Shown: positions 48,467 through 58,461, counted from the first letter of the stretch. The stretch: 64,000 nt of DNA from an uncultured beta proteobacterium (GCA_963734575.1 CAVTHT010000007.1:160549-224548); one strand, 5' to 3'. A program made the numbers and translations. Notes: generated by a model from the letters alone, not told the origin.

Positions 48467-48526
48467 TCAGGCTTCAGCCTGACATGCGAGCACGACATCG
48501 TCGTGACAGGATTGAGCCTGACATGC
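48467..48526 (+). repeat. Palindrome plus a direct repeat upstream of the chalcone-isomerase-like gene.
   Basis: tcaggct-tc-agcctga palindrome (48467-48482) and two copies of AGCCTGACATGC (48476-48487 and 48515-48526). Confidence 0.3.
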
Positions 48527-48579
48527 AGATGAGATCATCCCCCCATCGAACCGGCGCTCTCGCCCAAGGAGAATCCGTC

Positions 48580-49137
48580 ATGCGCAATGCACTCTTGGCA
48601 GTCATCCTGATGATCGGCACGGGGACGTGCCTCGCTGCCGAGGTCGCGGGCGTGAAGCTCGACGATCGCGCAACCGTCGGCGGGAAGGAGCTCGTGCTGA
48701 ACGGCGCCGGCATCCGCACGCGCGCATTCTTCAAGGTGTACGTGGCGGGTCTGTATCTTCCCGCGAAGGCAACCGACGCCACGACCGCGCTCAACGCGAC
48801 GCCGCGGCGCGTGCAGCTCAACATCATGCGCACGCTGTCGGCGGACCAGCTCGTCGATGCGTTCAACGAGGGCCTCAAGGAAAACAATACCGAGGCGGAG
48901 CTCGCAGCGATCAAGGCGCAGACCGAGCAACTCACGTCGATCATGAAATCGTTCAAGGAAGTACACGACAAGGACGTCGTGACCATGGATTACGTCGACG
49001 GCGGAACGCGCATCGGCCTAAACGGGCAGGCAAAGGAAGCCATTCCCGGCGAGGCCTTCAATCGCGCGCTGCTGAAGGTGTGGCTCGGCGACCACCCCGT
49101 GCAGGCGGACCTGCGCAAGGCGATGCTCGGCGGCTGA
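48580..49137 (+). CDS. Chalcone-isomerase-like (CHI fold) periplasmic protein.
   Basis: aaggag RBS; signal peptide MRNALLAVILMIGTGTCLA; ..FFKVYVAGLYLP..ALLKVWLGDHP is the bacterial CHI-like signature. Confidence 0.8.
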   Translation: MRNALLAVILMIGTGTCLAAEVAGVKLDDRATVGGKELVLNGAGIRTRAFFKVYVAGLYLPAKATDATTALNATPRRVQLNIMRTLSADQLVDAFNEGLKENNTEAELAAIKAQTEQLTSIMKSFKEVHDKDVVTMDYVDGGTRIGLNGQAKEAIPGEAFNRALLKVWLGDHPVQADLRKAMLGG

Positions 49138-49165
49138 CGCCGCCGCATCGACCGCGCACGCCAGC

Positions 49166-50186
49166 GATGGGACAGCACGACTTCTGGGCCTCGTCGAACT
49201 ATCGACTTCTCGCACCGACATCGGACGGTCGGCTTCGCTTGACGGACGCGTTCCTGCGGGCATCGCTGCTGCGCCCGGAGCTCGCGCCGGTGCCGACCTC
49301 CTCCGCCGCGGAGCTCGCGCTGCACGAGGCGCTGCTCGCGAACCCGCGCCAGGCCGTCCCTGCCGCCGCACTCGGTGATCTCGGGGACGAGGACGTCGAG
49401 CACAACTACGGCGTGTGGCTGCGCTTTCGCGATCGCCTTCTCGCCGCGCCGTCGATCGAGGCCGCGTACATCGCGCTTTTCCGCGACGGCGTGGACGTGC
49501 CTCCGGTATTCGTGCATCAGCTCACCCAGATCCTGCTGCGGCACATCCTGCGCGACGTCGACGACGCGCTCGAGGTGCGTGCGGCGGAGATGCTCTACCG
49601 GCCGCAGAAGATCGCGGTGCTGGAGGACGGCGCCGTCATGGCCGCCGACGCCGAGGTCGTGGAGACGCACGCCACGACCGGAGGCTTCGGCAGCCTCGGC
49701 GAGCTGCTGCAGCGCAATCGCATTCCGACCCGCACGGTCGATCTCGACGTGCTGGGCGAGGAGAATGCCGCGGACTACTGGTCGCGCGACGAGCGTTTCG
49801 ACCTTGCCATCAGCCTGAATCGGGGTGGGCCCGCGCTCAGAGCCCTGTGTCGCGTGCTCGAGCGCTGGATTGCGCACTTCCTGGGCGTTCCGGTGTCCAT
49901 CAAGCCGCAGCGCGAGATCGACGACAGCCGCTGGGTCTGGCACGTGGGCCTCGATGCCCAGGCGAGCGCGCTCCTCAACGACATCTACAATCGCGTGGAG
50001 GTGGACGAGGAGCGCAGCCGCCGGCTGCTGTGCCTGTTCGAGCTGCGCTTCGAGAATCCGGCGGACATGCGACCCGCCATCGCCGGACGGCCCGTGTACC
50101 TGGCGATGGCCATCGACGAGCGCCAGCTGTTGCGGCTGAAACCGCAGAACCTTCTCCTGAATCTTCCCCTGGCAACGACACAATGA
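49166..50186 (+). CDS. Conserved hypothetical protein (DUF6352-like), 340 aa.
   Basis: A long intact ORF; its stop overlaps the next start (ATGA). Confidence 0.55.
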
Positions 50187-50828
50187 ATCGCATCCCTGCT
50201 TTCGCCGCGCGCACGCGCGCTGTCGGGCGTCGCTGCGGCCATCGCCGCACTGGGCCTGACGATGACGGCGGCCACGGTCGTGGCGCAGACGCCCGCCGCT
50301 CCGGCCGCGCCGACCACGGATACTGCCGCGCCCAGGCCGGCCGCGGGAACCGCCGCCGCCGATGCCGCGGGCAAGCCCACCGAAACGCCACCAACGCTCG
50401 CGTCGATGCAATGGCTGGAGGGTTGCTGGCAGGGCAGCGTGAACAAGCGCGACTTTCGCGAGGTGTGGCTGCCCCAGCGCGGCGGCATGATGATCGGCGT
50501 CAGCCAGACGGTGATGGCCGACAAGACCCTCGACTACGAGTACCTGCGCCTCGAGCCGCGCGGCGACGCCGTGTACTACGTCGTCTCGCCGCCGAACAAG
50601 CCCGAGGAGGCGTTCAAGCTCACCTCCGAGCTCGTCGACAAGGAAGACGCGCACACCTTCGTGTTCCTCGATCCTGCGCGCGACTTCCCGCAACGGATCG
50701 GATACCGGCGGGCGAGCGAGGGCTGGCTCTACACCGAAGTCGAAGGCAAGGTGAAGGGCGCCGACCGCAAGGTGATCTATCCGATGCGGCGCGTGGACTG
50801 CGCGACGGGCGAATTCATCCGCAAGTGA
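50183..50828 (+). CDS. Secreted conserved hypothetical protein (DUF6265-like) with a frameshift at ~50215.
   Basis: MNRIPAFAARTRA | LSGVAAAIAALGLTMTAATVVAQTPAAP.. (signal peptide in the next frame) ..MQWLEGCWQGSV..YYVVSPPNKPEEAFKLTSEL. The switch lies inside 'gcgcgcacgcgcgc'. Confidence 0.55.
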
Positions 50829-51188
50829 CGACCGTGACCGACGTCGCGCCCTCGGCAGCACTGCAGAACTTCCGGCGCATGCTGGAGGCGGGCAAGGACG
50901 GAGCGCTCCTGCGCTTCGCGCTCGGCAACGAGCTGTTGAAGGCCGGGGACGCCGCCGAAGCGGTCGGAGCATCTTGCGCGCGCGGTGGAGCTCGATCCGC
51001 GCTACACCGCGGCATGGAAGATCTACGGCAAGGCGCTGGCCGCGGCGGGTCGCAGCGACGATGCGCTGGCCGCCTACCGGCAGGGCATCAGCGTGGCCGA
51101 TGCGAAGGGCGACAAGCAGGCGGGGAAGGAGATGCGCGTGTTCGCGCGTCGCATCGAAAGCAGTCGAGCAGGAGGCGACGCCGTTTAG
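50825..51188 (+). CDS. Small TPR-repeat protein with a frameshift at ~50960.
   Basis: ..LLRFALGNELLKAGDAAEAV | ..LDPRYTAAWKIYGKALAAAGRSDDALAAYRQGISVADAKGD are TPR-like helices. The GTG overlaps the upstream stop. Confidence 0.4.
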
Positions 51189-51208
51189 CGTGCCTGCGCA
51201 GGTGCCCG

Positions 51209-51661
51209 TCAGGGCGCCGCGCGTCCCGGGAGCGTGCCGACGCCGCGATTGGCGAGCGCGTCGGCGCGCGTGTTGCCGGGATGATCGTTGTGGCCGCGCA
51301 CCCAGTGCCAGCGGATCTCGTGCCGCGCGGCGAGTTCGTCGAGTTCGCGCCAGAGCTCGGCATTCTTCACGGGCTTGCGGTCCGCGGTCTTCCATCCGTT
51401 GCGCTTCCAGCCATGGATCCACTGCTGGATGCCGTTCTTCACGTACTGCGAATCGGTGTAGAGCTCGACCGTGCAGGACCGCTTGAGCGACTCCAGGGCG
51501 CGGATCACCGCGGTGAGCTCCATGCGGTTGTTGGTGGTGTGTCCCTCGCCACCGAAGAGCTCGCGCTCGTGGTCGCCCCAGACGAGCAGGGCGCCCCAGC
51601 CGCCGGGCCCGGGGTTTCCCTTGCACGCGCCGTCGGTATAGATCTCGACCGTGCCGCTCAT
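51209..51661 (-). CDS. rnhA: Ribonuclease HI.
   Basis: [68 protein letters not shown]; 150 aa, intact. Confidence 0.9.
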   Translation of the reverse strand: MSGTVEIYTDGACKGNPGPGGWGALLVWGDHERELFGGEGHTTNNRMELTAVIRALESLKRSCTVELYTDSQYVKNGIQQWIHGWKRNGWKTADRKPVKNAELWRELDELAARHEIRWHWVRGHNDHPGNTRADALANRGVGTLPGRAAP

Positions 51662-51725
51662 CGTGTGCAGCGCGCGGCCATGCGCAGGCACGGCGCAAGG
51701 CGCCCGCGATGGCATGCGTGCACCA

Positions 51726-52473
51726 TCACTCGACGCGCTCGATGCACTCGCGCACCTGGCGTGGGGCGGTCGCGAGGCCGCGGGTCGCGCGCTCCCATGC
51801 CGGCGTGATGATGCGCATGCCCAGCACTTTCTTGGTCGCGCGCAGGAAGTACGCGCCGCCCGCGATGGGCCACCAGCGATCGCCGGCGCGCTCGAAGAAG
51901 CCGAACCGGCGCAGCCATTTTTCCTGCGCGAACGGCGGCGCATAGCAATCGAGACTGCCGCCGGTCACCTCGAAGCCGAGCAGCGCCAGCCAGTCCTTCA
52001 GCCGGTAGAGGGCGATGAAGTTGCCGTTCCATGGCGGCGCCTGCTCGCGTCCGAAATAGCGCTTCGCGCCGTGCAGGCTGAACGGGTTGAAGCCGGAGAT
52101 GAGGAGCTGGCCCTCGGGTCGCACGGCACGATGCACTTCGCGCAGCAGCCGGTGCGGCTCGCTCGGAGAATTCCAGCGCATGCGGGAGCACGATGAGATC
52201 GAGCGAGCTTTCGGGAAACGGCAGCCAATGCGGATCGGCGAGCACTTGCGCGGGTCCCCCGCCATCGACCAGCCAGCGCGTCGGGATGCGGCTCTGCGCG
52301 AGGAACTCGCAGGCGGGAAGTCCGATCTGAATGGCGTGGAAGCCGAAGATGTCGGCGACGGTGCGATCGAACCACGCCTGCTCGCGCGCGAGCAGATAGC
52401 GACCCGGCGGCGTGGTCAACCAGTCCGCGAGCGTCGTTGACAGCGGTGCCGGCGCTCCCGAAGATGCTTCCAT
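51726..52473 (-). CDS. Class I SAM-dependent methyltransferase with a frameshift at ~52190.
   Basis: ..[12 protein letters not shown] | [32 protein letters not shown].. It is divergent from gloB, with a shared CATG at 52471-52474. Confidence 0.65.
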
Positions 52474-53257
52474 GGCGGCGATTATCCCCATCCCGGCCTT
52501 CGCGGACAACTACATCTGGCTGCTGCGCGAAGGCCCGCGCGCTGCGGTCGTCGACCCCGGCGACGCCCGCCCGGTGCTCGACTATCTCGCGCGCGAAGGC
52601 CTCGAGCTCTGCGCGATCCTCAACACGCATCATCACAACGATCACGTGGGTGGCAACACCGCACTGCTCGCGCACGCGGCGGTGCCGGTGTTCGGCCCGG
52701 CACGCGAGCGCATACCCGGCATCACCCGCGCGCTGCATGAAGGCGACAGCATCGAGGTGCCGGGCATCGGCCTGCGCTTCGAAGTGCACGACGTCCCGGG
52801 ACACACCGCGGGACATATCGCATACGTGATGCGCGCGCCGCAGCGCGGCATCGGCCCGCTCGCATTCGTCGGCGACACGCTGTTCGCCGGCGGATGCGGC
52901 CGGCTTTTCGAGGGCACGCCGGCGCAGATGGCGGCGTCGCTCGGGAAGCTCGCCACGTTGCCCGATGACACACGCCTCTATTGCGCCCACGAGTACACGT
53001 TGTCGAACCTGCGCTTCGCCCGCGCAGTCGAGCCTTCGAGCACGGCCATCGAGGCGCGCATCGCCCGTGAAGAGGCGCGCCGTGCGCGTGGGGAGCCGAC
53101 CGTGCCGTCGCTCCTCTCCGACGAACGGGCGACGAACCCGTTCCTGCGCGCAGCCGAACCTGCCGTCATGCGTGCGGCGGCGGCGCATGCGGGCCGCCCC
53201 GTGACGGACGCGGTGGACTGCTTCGCGGTCGTGCGGGCCTGGAAAGACCGCTTCTGA
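52472..53257 (+). CDS. gloB: Hydroxyacylglutathione hydrolase (glyoxalase II).
   Basis: IPAFADNYIWLL..ILNTHHHNDHVGG (metallo-beta-lactamase motif) ..HTAGHIAY..C.HEYTLSN, intact. Confidence 0.9.
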   Translation: MAAIIPIPAFADNYIWLLREGPRAAVVDPGDARPVLDYLAREGLELCAILNTHHHNDHVGGNTALLAHAAVPVFGPARERIPGITRALHEGDSIEVPGIGLRFEVHDVPGHTAGHIAYVMRAPQRGIGPLAFVGDTLFAGGCGRLFEGTPAQMAASLGKLATLPDDTRLYCAHEYTLSNLRFARAVEPSSTAIEARIAREEARRARGEPTVPSLLSDERATNPFLRAAEPAVMRAAAAHAGRPVTDAVDCFAVVRAWKDRF

Positions 53258-53389
53258 GCGCCAATGCGCCCCGCGCGGCGCAGGGCGCGCGCACCCGTGC
53301 CGCGGGTTGACGCTCGAGGCATGCGCGCCTACCATCGCCTCGTTTTTGAGCGACGCCGTCGCCGTTGCACCTTGCGAGGATTCATCGAA

Positions 53390-55057
53390 TTGCGAATATA
53401 CAAAGTCGCCTGCACGATCGCCGCAGCGCTTGCCCTCGGTGCCTGCGCGAGCGCGCCCAAGGCGCCGGAAGTCTCCATCGCCGCCGTCGTCGCTTCCGCG
53501 AGCGTCGGCATTCCAACCCAGCCGCTGTCCTCCCCGTCCTCTCCCGTTCTCGCACCACCGCCGCTCGCGCGCATCGCCGAAGCGCCGCCGGAACCGTTCC
53601 ATCCCACCGCCGCGGCCGAGCTCGAGGAACTGCCGGCGCCCGCTGAAGACCTGTGGGATCGCATCAAGGCACGCTTCGGGCTGCCCGAGATCGACAACGC
53701 CGACGTCGCCAAATGGGAACAGTGGTACGCATCGCGGCCCGATTACGTCGCACGCATGATCGATCGCGGCCGGCGCTACCTGTACTACGTGGTCGTCGAG
53801 GTCGAGGAACGGAACATGCCGGCGGAGATCGCGCTGCTGCCGATGATCGAGAGCGCCTACAACCCGAACGCGATGTCCACGAGCCGCGCGTCGGGCATAT
53901 GGCAGTTCATACCCTCGACGGGCAAGTCGTACGGCCTCAAGCAGAACTTCTGGTTCGATTCGCGCCGCGACGTGCTCGCGGCGACCGCCAGCGCCCTCGC
54001 GTACCTCGACAAGCTGCACACGCAGTTCGACGACTGGCAGCTCGCGCTCGCCGCCTACAACTGGGGCGAGGGCAACGTGGCGCGCGCGATCGACAGGAAG
54101 CGTCGTGCGGGCCTGCCGGCCACCTACGCCACCCTGCCGATCCCGGACGAGACGCGCAACTATCTGCCCAAGCTCCAGGCGGTCAAGAACATCATCCGCA
54201 ACCCGGAGAAGTACGGGCTGCACCTCGGCGACATCCCCGACGCGCCGTATTTCGCCGTCGTGCGGACGAGCAAGGAGATGGACGTGAAGCGTGCTGCAGA
54301 GCTCGCGGAGATGTCGGTGGACGAGTTCCAGTACCTCAACCCGCACCACAACCGCCCGGTCATCGCCGGCGCGGACGAATACACCCTGCTGCTGCCGATC
54401 GACAAGGCGGAGCTCTTCGCGGCCAAGCTCGACCTCATCGACCAGCCGCTCGTTTCCTGGCAGGCGTACCGGATGCGTCCCGGCGACTCGCTGCAGAGCG
54501 TCGCCGTGCGTTACGGCATGACGCTCGAGACGCTGCGCGCCGTCAATGGGATCGGCGCGCGCTCGACGGTCCCGCCTGGGCACGCGCTTCTCGTGCCCGC
54601 GCAACGCAGCTCGCGCGAATCCGCCGAGAGCTTCGTGCACGCGGTCTTCACCACGGTGCCCCAGGGCCGCACGTTCTATTACCGCGTCACGCGCGGCGAC
54701 ACCATGGCCACGATCGCGTCACGTTACGACGTGAGCGCCGCGGACATCCGGCGCTGGAACGGCCTCGGCAAGGCAGAGGTGCGCCCCGGACAGAAGTTGC
54801 GCATCACGAGCGACAAGGCCCCGCAGGTCACCGTGGCGAAGCGCGGCAACGCCAAGCCGGTGCGCAGCGTGGCGGCACGCGGAGAGTCCTGCTGCAAGGG
54901 AAGGACGGGCGCGGCAGCACAAGGCACCAGCGCCAAGGCGGCCGTTGCGCCCGCCGCGCGGACCCGGCACAAGGCAACGCCGAAACTGCAGAAGGCTTCC
55001 GATCCACCCAGCCCGGCGCCGCGCCGGCGCCACGGCGGCAAAGCGAAGGCGCGCTGA
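53390..55057 (+). CDS. mltD: Membrane-bound lytic murein transglycosylase D with LysM repeats.
   Basis: Lipoprotein signal (L)RIYKVACTIAAALALGAC. SLT domain ..LLPMIESAYNPNAMSTSRASGIWQFIPSTGKSYGL..YNWGEGNV. Two LysM repeats (YRMRPGDSLQSVA, YRVTRGDTMATIA). The start may be the TTG at 53390 or the ATG at 53321. The C-terminus has a basic tail. Confidence 0.85.
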   Translation: MRIYKVACTIAAALALGACASAPKAPEVSIAAVVASASVGIPTQPLSSPSSPVLAPPPLARIAEAPPEPFHPTAAAELEELPAPAEDLWDRIKARFGLPEIDNADVAKWEQWYASRPDYVARMIDRGRRYLYYVVVEVEERNMPAEIALLPMIESAYNPNAMSTSRASGIWQFIPSTGKSYGLKQNFWFDSRRDVLAATASALAYLDKLHTQFDDWQLALAAYNWGEGNVARAIDRKRRAGLPATYATLPIPDETRNYLPKLQAVKNIIRNPEKYGLHLGDIPDAPYFAVVRTSKEMDVKRAAELAEMSVDEFQYLNPHHNRPVIAGADEYTLLLPIDKAELFAAKLDLIDQPLVSWQAYRMRPGDSLQSVAVRYGMTLETLRAVNGIGARSTVPPGHALLVPAQRSSRESAESFVHAVFTTVPQGRTFYYRVTRGDTMATIASRYDVSAADIRRWNGLGKAEVRPGQKLRITSDKAPQVTVAKRGNAKPVRSVAARGESCCKGRTGAAAQGTSAKAAVAPAARTRHKATPKLQKASDPPSPAPRRRHGGKAKAR

Positions 55058-55075
55058 CGGACGCCTGAAACAAAA

Positions 55076-55105
55076 CAGGCGACGCATGCTGCGTCGCCTG
55101 TTTTT
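55076..55105. terminator. Bidirectional rho-independent terminator between mltD and the H1-like gene.
   Basis: caggcgacgca-tgc-tgcgtcgcctg flanked by ttttt on the plus side and ttttgtttc on the minus side. Confidence 0.6.
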
Positions 55106-55141
55106 CGTCGGCTGCCCCGAAGAGCGAGCCGGCGTCCGCGA

Positions 55142-55583
55142 TTACTTGCGGCTTGCGGACTTCCGGGCGCCGCCGCGTTTTTTCGCGGCAGACTTCTTGG
55201 CGCCGCCGCGCTTCTTCGCTGCGGACTTCTTCGCACCGCCGCGCTTCTTCGCTGCGGACTTCTTCGCGCCACCGCGCTTCTTCGCGGCCGACTTCTTGGC
55301 GCCGCCGCGCTTCTTCGCCGCCGACTTCTTGGCGCCGCCGCGCTTCTTCGCTGCGGACTTCTTCGCGCCGCCGCGCTTCGCGGCCGTCTTCCGCGCGCCG
55401 CCGCGCTTCGTGGCGGACTTCTTGGCGCCGCGTGCGCTTCTTCGCGGCCGACTTCTTGGCGCCGCCGCGCTTCTTCGCTGCGGTCTTCTTCCCAGCGGAC
55501 TTCTTCCCCGCGGAGCGCTTCTTCGCGGGAGCCTTCGCCGGGGCCGCAGCCGTCGGCGTCATCATCGACATCATGTCAGCCAT
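55142..55583 (-). CDS. Histone H1-like/AlgP-like Lys/Ala-repeat protein encoded by 33-bp tandem repeats. Frameshift at ~55430.
   Basis: aggaga RBS; MADMMSMMTPTAAAPAKAPAKKRSAGKKSAGKKTAAKKRGGAKKSAAKKR.. then, after one irregular 34-bp repeat unit, (GGAKKSAAKKR)xN ..GGARKSASRK* ending at a TAA (55142-55144). Confidence 0.6.
55160..55530. repeat. Tandem 33-bp coding repeat (about 10 units, gccgccgcgcttcttcgc(t/g)gc(g/c)gacttctt).
   Basis: cttctt hexamers recur at alternating 15- and 18-nt offsets from 55193 to 55518. The only break is a 19-nt step at 55418 to 55437. Confidence 0.8.
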
Positions 55584-55695
55584 TTCATTCTCCTGTCTGA
55601 GTTGCTTTGACTGTTTTGACTGCTTCACAGCAGGAGAGCACGGGTGTCGTTTTGTTTCGGACCACTTGACAAACCCATTGCTACCTGCTGCCTGA

Positions 55696-55723
55696 ATTCT
55701 AGCCACATTTTATTGAATTGCAA
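55696..55723 (-). promoter_or_regulatory. Candidate sigma70 promoter for the H1-like gene.
   Basis: Minus strand TTGCAA-N16-TAGAAT, about 110 nt upstream of the ATG, in the only AT-richer stretch nearby. Confidence 0.3.
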
Positions 55724-55854
55724 GAAATCTGCCAGCTTTGCACGCCGTCGCGCGCGCGATGTTGCGTATTCGCACACGCATTCCGGCGCGCTCAGCGCGC
55801 GCTTCCGCGCCGCATTGCGCGCGATGCGTCGCGCACCGCGCGGGCGATGACACG

Positions 55855-57100
55855 CTACGGAAGGACCGACTCGCCGGCGAAGAGCGAGGCCGCGCTCTCG
55901 CGTGCGCGGACCTCGTGCGCGGTCGCGCCGTCGACCAGCACCTCGCATGCGCGGGGCCGCGAGTTGTAGTTGGAGCTCATCACGAAGCCGTAGGCACCCG
56001 CCGCGCCGATGGCGAGGAGGTCGCCTTCGACGAGCGCGAGATCGCGGTCGTGCGCCAGGAAATCGCCGCTCTCGCAGACGGGGCCGACCACCTGCCAGCG
56101 CTGCATGGGCGAGCTGCGCGGACGCACTGCGTCGACCGGATGCCATGCCTCGTACAGCGCCGGGCGGATGAGATCGTTCATGGCCGCATCGACGATCGCG
56201 AAGTTGCGCTCCCGGCCCGGCTTCAGGAACTGCACGCGCGTCAGCAGCACGCCGGCAGCACCGACGAGCCGGCGCCCGGGCTCGACCAGGAGGCGCTCGT
56301 CGCGGCCGGCGAAGAGCTCCCCGATCATCGCTGCGTACGCCGTCATGGGCACGGGCGTCTCGTCGCGATAGCGAATGCCGAGGCCACCGCCGAGGTCGAT
56401 GTGCTCGAGCACGGTGCCCTGCTGGCGCAGCGTGTCGACGAGCTCCAGCACCTTGGTGACGGCCTCGCGATAGGGCTCCAGGGTGGTGATCTGGGAGCCG
56501 ATGTGGAGGTCGATGCCGCGCACCGCGATGTGCGGGAGCGCGGCGGCGCGCTGGTAGAGCGCGCGGGCTTCGGTGAATGCGACGCCGAACTTGCTCTCCG
56601 AGAGCCCGGTCGCGATGTACGGATGCGTGCGCGGGTCGACGTCCGGGTTCACGCGGAAGCTCACCGGTGCGCGTACTCCACGGCGCGCCGCCACCGCGTT
56701 CAGCGCATCGAGCTCACTCGCCGATTCGACGTTGAAGCAGAGAATCCCGGCGTCGAGCGCCGCCTCCATTTCGGCGGCGGTCTTGCCGACACCCGAGAAC
56801 ACCACCTTCGCCGGGTCGCCGCCGGCGGCGAGCACGCGGGCGAGCTCGCCGCCGGAGACGATGTCGAAGCCGCTGCCGAGCCGGGCGAGCAGGTCGAGGA
56901 TGGCGAGATTCGAGTTCGCCTTCAGCGCGTAGCAGACGAGGTGCGGCCGCGCGGCGAGCGCGGCGTCGTACTCGCGATAGCTCGCCTCGAGCGCAGCGCG
57001 CGAGTAGACATAACAGGGCGTGCCGAAGCGCTCGGCGATGGCGCGACAGCGGCACCTGCTCGGCACGGAGCTCGCCATCGACGTACGCGAATGCGCTCAC
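55855..57100 (-). CDS. lysA: Diaminopimelate decarboxylase LysA with an N-terminal frameshift at ~57047.
   Basis: GTG start; (M)SAFAYVDGELRAEQVPLS | AIAERFGTPCYVYS..ALKANSN..HIGSQ..GGGLGI..CESGDF..SSNYNSRPR is collinear with Pseudomonas-type LysA. The switch is an extra C in 'tcgCgccatc'. Confidence 0.85.
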
Positions 57101-57342
57101 GGCCGCGACGTGCCGGCGGGACTGGTCGGCGGCGTCGGCACCTGTGCCGGCGCCGGCGCGTTCGGCGCGGGCACCGCATCGGGGATCGCCGGCGCCGATT
57201 GCTGCGGCGTTGCGGCGGGTGCGGGCACGAGCGGCCCCTTGATGCCGCACGCGGCCAGCATCATCGCGGCGGCGAGCGCCAGCAGCGAGGCCGCGCGGCG
57301 CGCGCGCGCCGCATGCAAGGAATGTTCGGCATCACGTACCAT
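57097..57342 (-). CDS. Small lipoprotein upstream of lysA (LppL/LptM-like).
   Basis: ..RRAASLLALAAAMMLAAC-G lipobox, then a Pro/Ala-rich tail. The arrangement matches the conserved lppL-lysA pair. Confidence 0.6.
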   Translation of the reverse strand: MVRDAEHSLHAARARRAASLLALAAAMMLAACGIKGPLVPAPAATPQQSAPAIPDAVPAPNAPAPAQVPTPPTSPAGTSRP

Positions 57343-57405
57343 GGAACGATGCTAGCACGCCCATCCACGCGCATCGGCGCGTGCCAAGGCGCGGAGTCCA
57401 CCACC

Positions 57406-57756
57406 ATGCTGACCGAATCCGAATTCATCGCTGCCGCCGACGCGACCCTCGCGCTCATCGGAGAAACCCTCGACCAGGCGCTCGCCGATTCGGACATCGA
57501 TCTCGACTGGAGCCTCAACGACGGCATCCTCGAGATCGAGTGCGAGGACGGAAGCAAGCTCATCGTGAACCGGCACGTGCCGAACCGCGAGATCTGGGTT
57601 GCGGCGCGTGCGGGCGGCTTTCACTTCCGCGCCCGGGACGGACGCTGGCAGGACACGCGCTCGCGGCGACGAGCTTGCCGCGGCGCTGCGGACGCTGCTT
57701 GCCAACCAGGCGCGCCTCGAGCCCGCGTTCCCGACACTCACCGCGCCGCGCGACTA
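57406..57756 (+). CDS. cyaY: Frataxin homologue CyaY with a frameshift at ~57665.
   Basis: MLTESEFIAAADATLALIGETLDQALADSDIDLDWSLNDGILEIECEDGSKLIVNRHVPNREIWVAARAGGFHFRARDGRWQDTRS | GDELAAALRTLLANQA..*. The switch is an extra C in 'tcgCggcgac'. Confidence 0.75.
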
Positions 57757-57771
57757 GCGCGACGCCCGCGA

Positions 57772-58461
57772 TCAGGCTTCGAGCAGCGCGGTCCAGTTGC
57801 CGATCTCGCGCCGCGCGTGCGCGTGACCGGGGAACAGCGCCTCCACGACCGCCCAGAACCGCGGCGAGTGGTTGAGCTCCACCAGGTGCGCGACCTCGTG
57901 CGCGACGACGTATTGGGCGAGGAGCGGCGGCAGATGGATGAGCCGCCAGTTGAGGCGGATCTCGCCCTTGTGATTGCAGCTTCCCCATTCGGTGCGCGCG
58001 TTGGTGAGCTTCACGACCGACGGCCGCCGCGACAGGCGCGCGGCGAGATGGGTCACGTGCGGGGCGAGTCGCCGCAACGCCTCCTCGCGCAACCAGTGAC
58101 CCACGAACCCCGCGAGCAGCGGCTGCTCGTGCGGCCGCGGATGGCGCACGGTCACGTGGAAGAGGTCGGCCTCGATCGCCTTCGTGCGCGACGGAAACAC
58201 CGCGAGCGCGAGCTCCGCGCCCTGGAAGAGGATCGAAGCGCCCGTCTTCCATTCCGCGGGCAGCACGTCGCGCCGGCGCGCGCGCCATTCCCGCAGCGTG
58301 CGCAGGATCCACGTCGTGCGCTCCTCGAGCGCCGCCTCGATGTCGTGCAGCGTGACCCAGCGCGGCGCCCGCACGGTCAGTCCGGACAGCCCGACCTGCA
58401 TGCCGATGGAGCGCCGGCGCGCGCGATGAAGGCGGTAATCGATGGTCTCGCCGCCGAGCAC
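57772..58461 (-). CDS. M48/DUF45 (YgjP/SprT-like) zinc-dependent hydrolase.
   Basis: ..IDYRLHRARRRSIGMQV.. (DUF45 N-terminus) and HEVAHLVELNH (HExxH). The GTG at 58461 is the chosen start, but it is uncertain. Confidence 0.65.
   Translation of the reverse strand: MLGGETIDYRLHRARRRSIGMQVGLSGLTVRAPRWVTLHDIEAALEERTTWILRTLREWRARRRDVLPAEWKTGASILFQGAELALAVFPSRTKAIEADLFHVTVRHPRPHEQPLLAGFVGHWLREEALRRLAPHVTHLAARLSRRPSVVKLTNARTEWGSCNHKGEIRLNWRLIHLPPLLAQYVVAHEVAHLVELNHSPRFWAVVEALFPGHAHARREIGNWTALLEA

Noticed and set aside
55160-55530. Possible CRISPR array at the 33-bp repeats.
   Set aside because: The repeats are perfectly tandem with no unique spacers, lie inside an ORF with a start codon and RBS, and encode a Lys/Ala repeat protein.
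54828-55706. A 292-aa ORF with RRQEV/EEARRR repeats.
   Set aside because: It is an alternative reading frame of the 33-bp tandem repeat. The KKSAAKK frame has the RBS and start codon and ends at a TAA.
55760-55850. gcgcgctcagcgcgcgc palindromes downstream of lysA as a terminator.
   Set aside because: The loop is too short and there is no U-tract. Low-complexity GC palindromes are frequent throughout this window.
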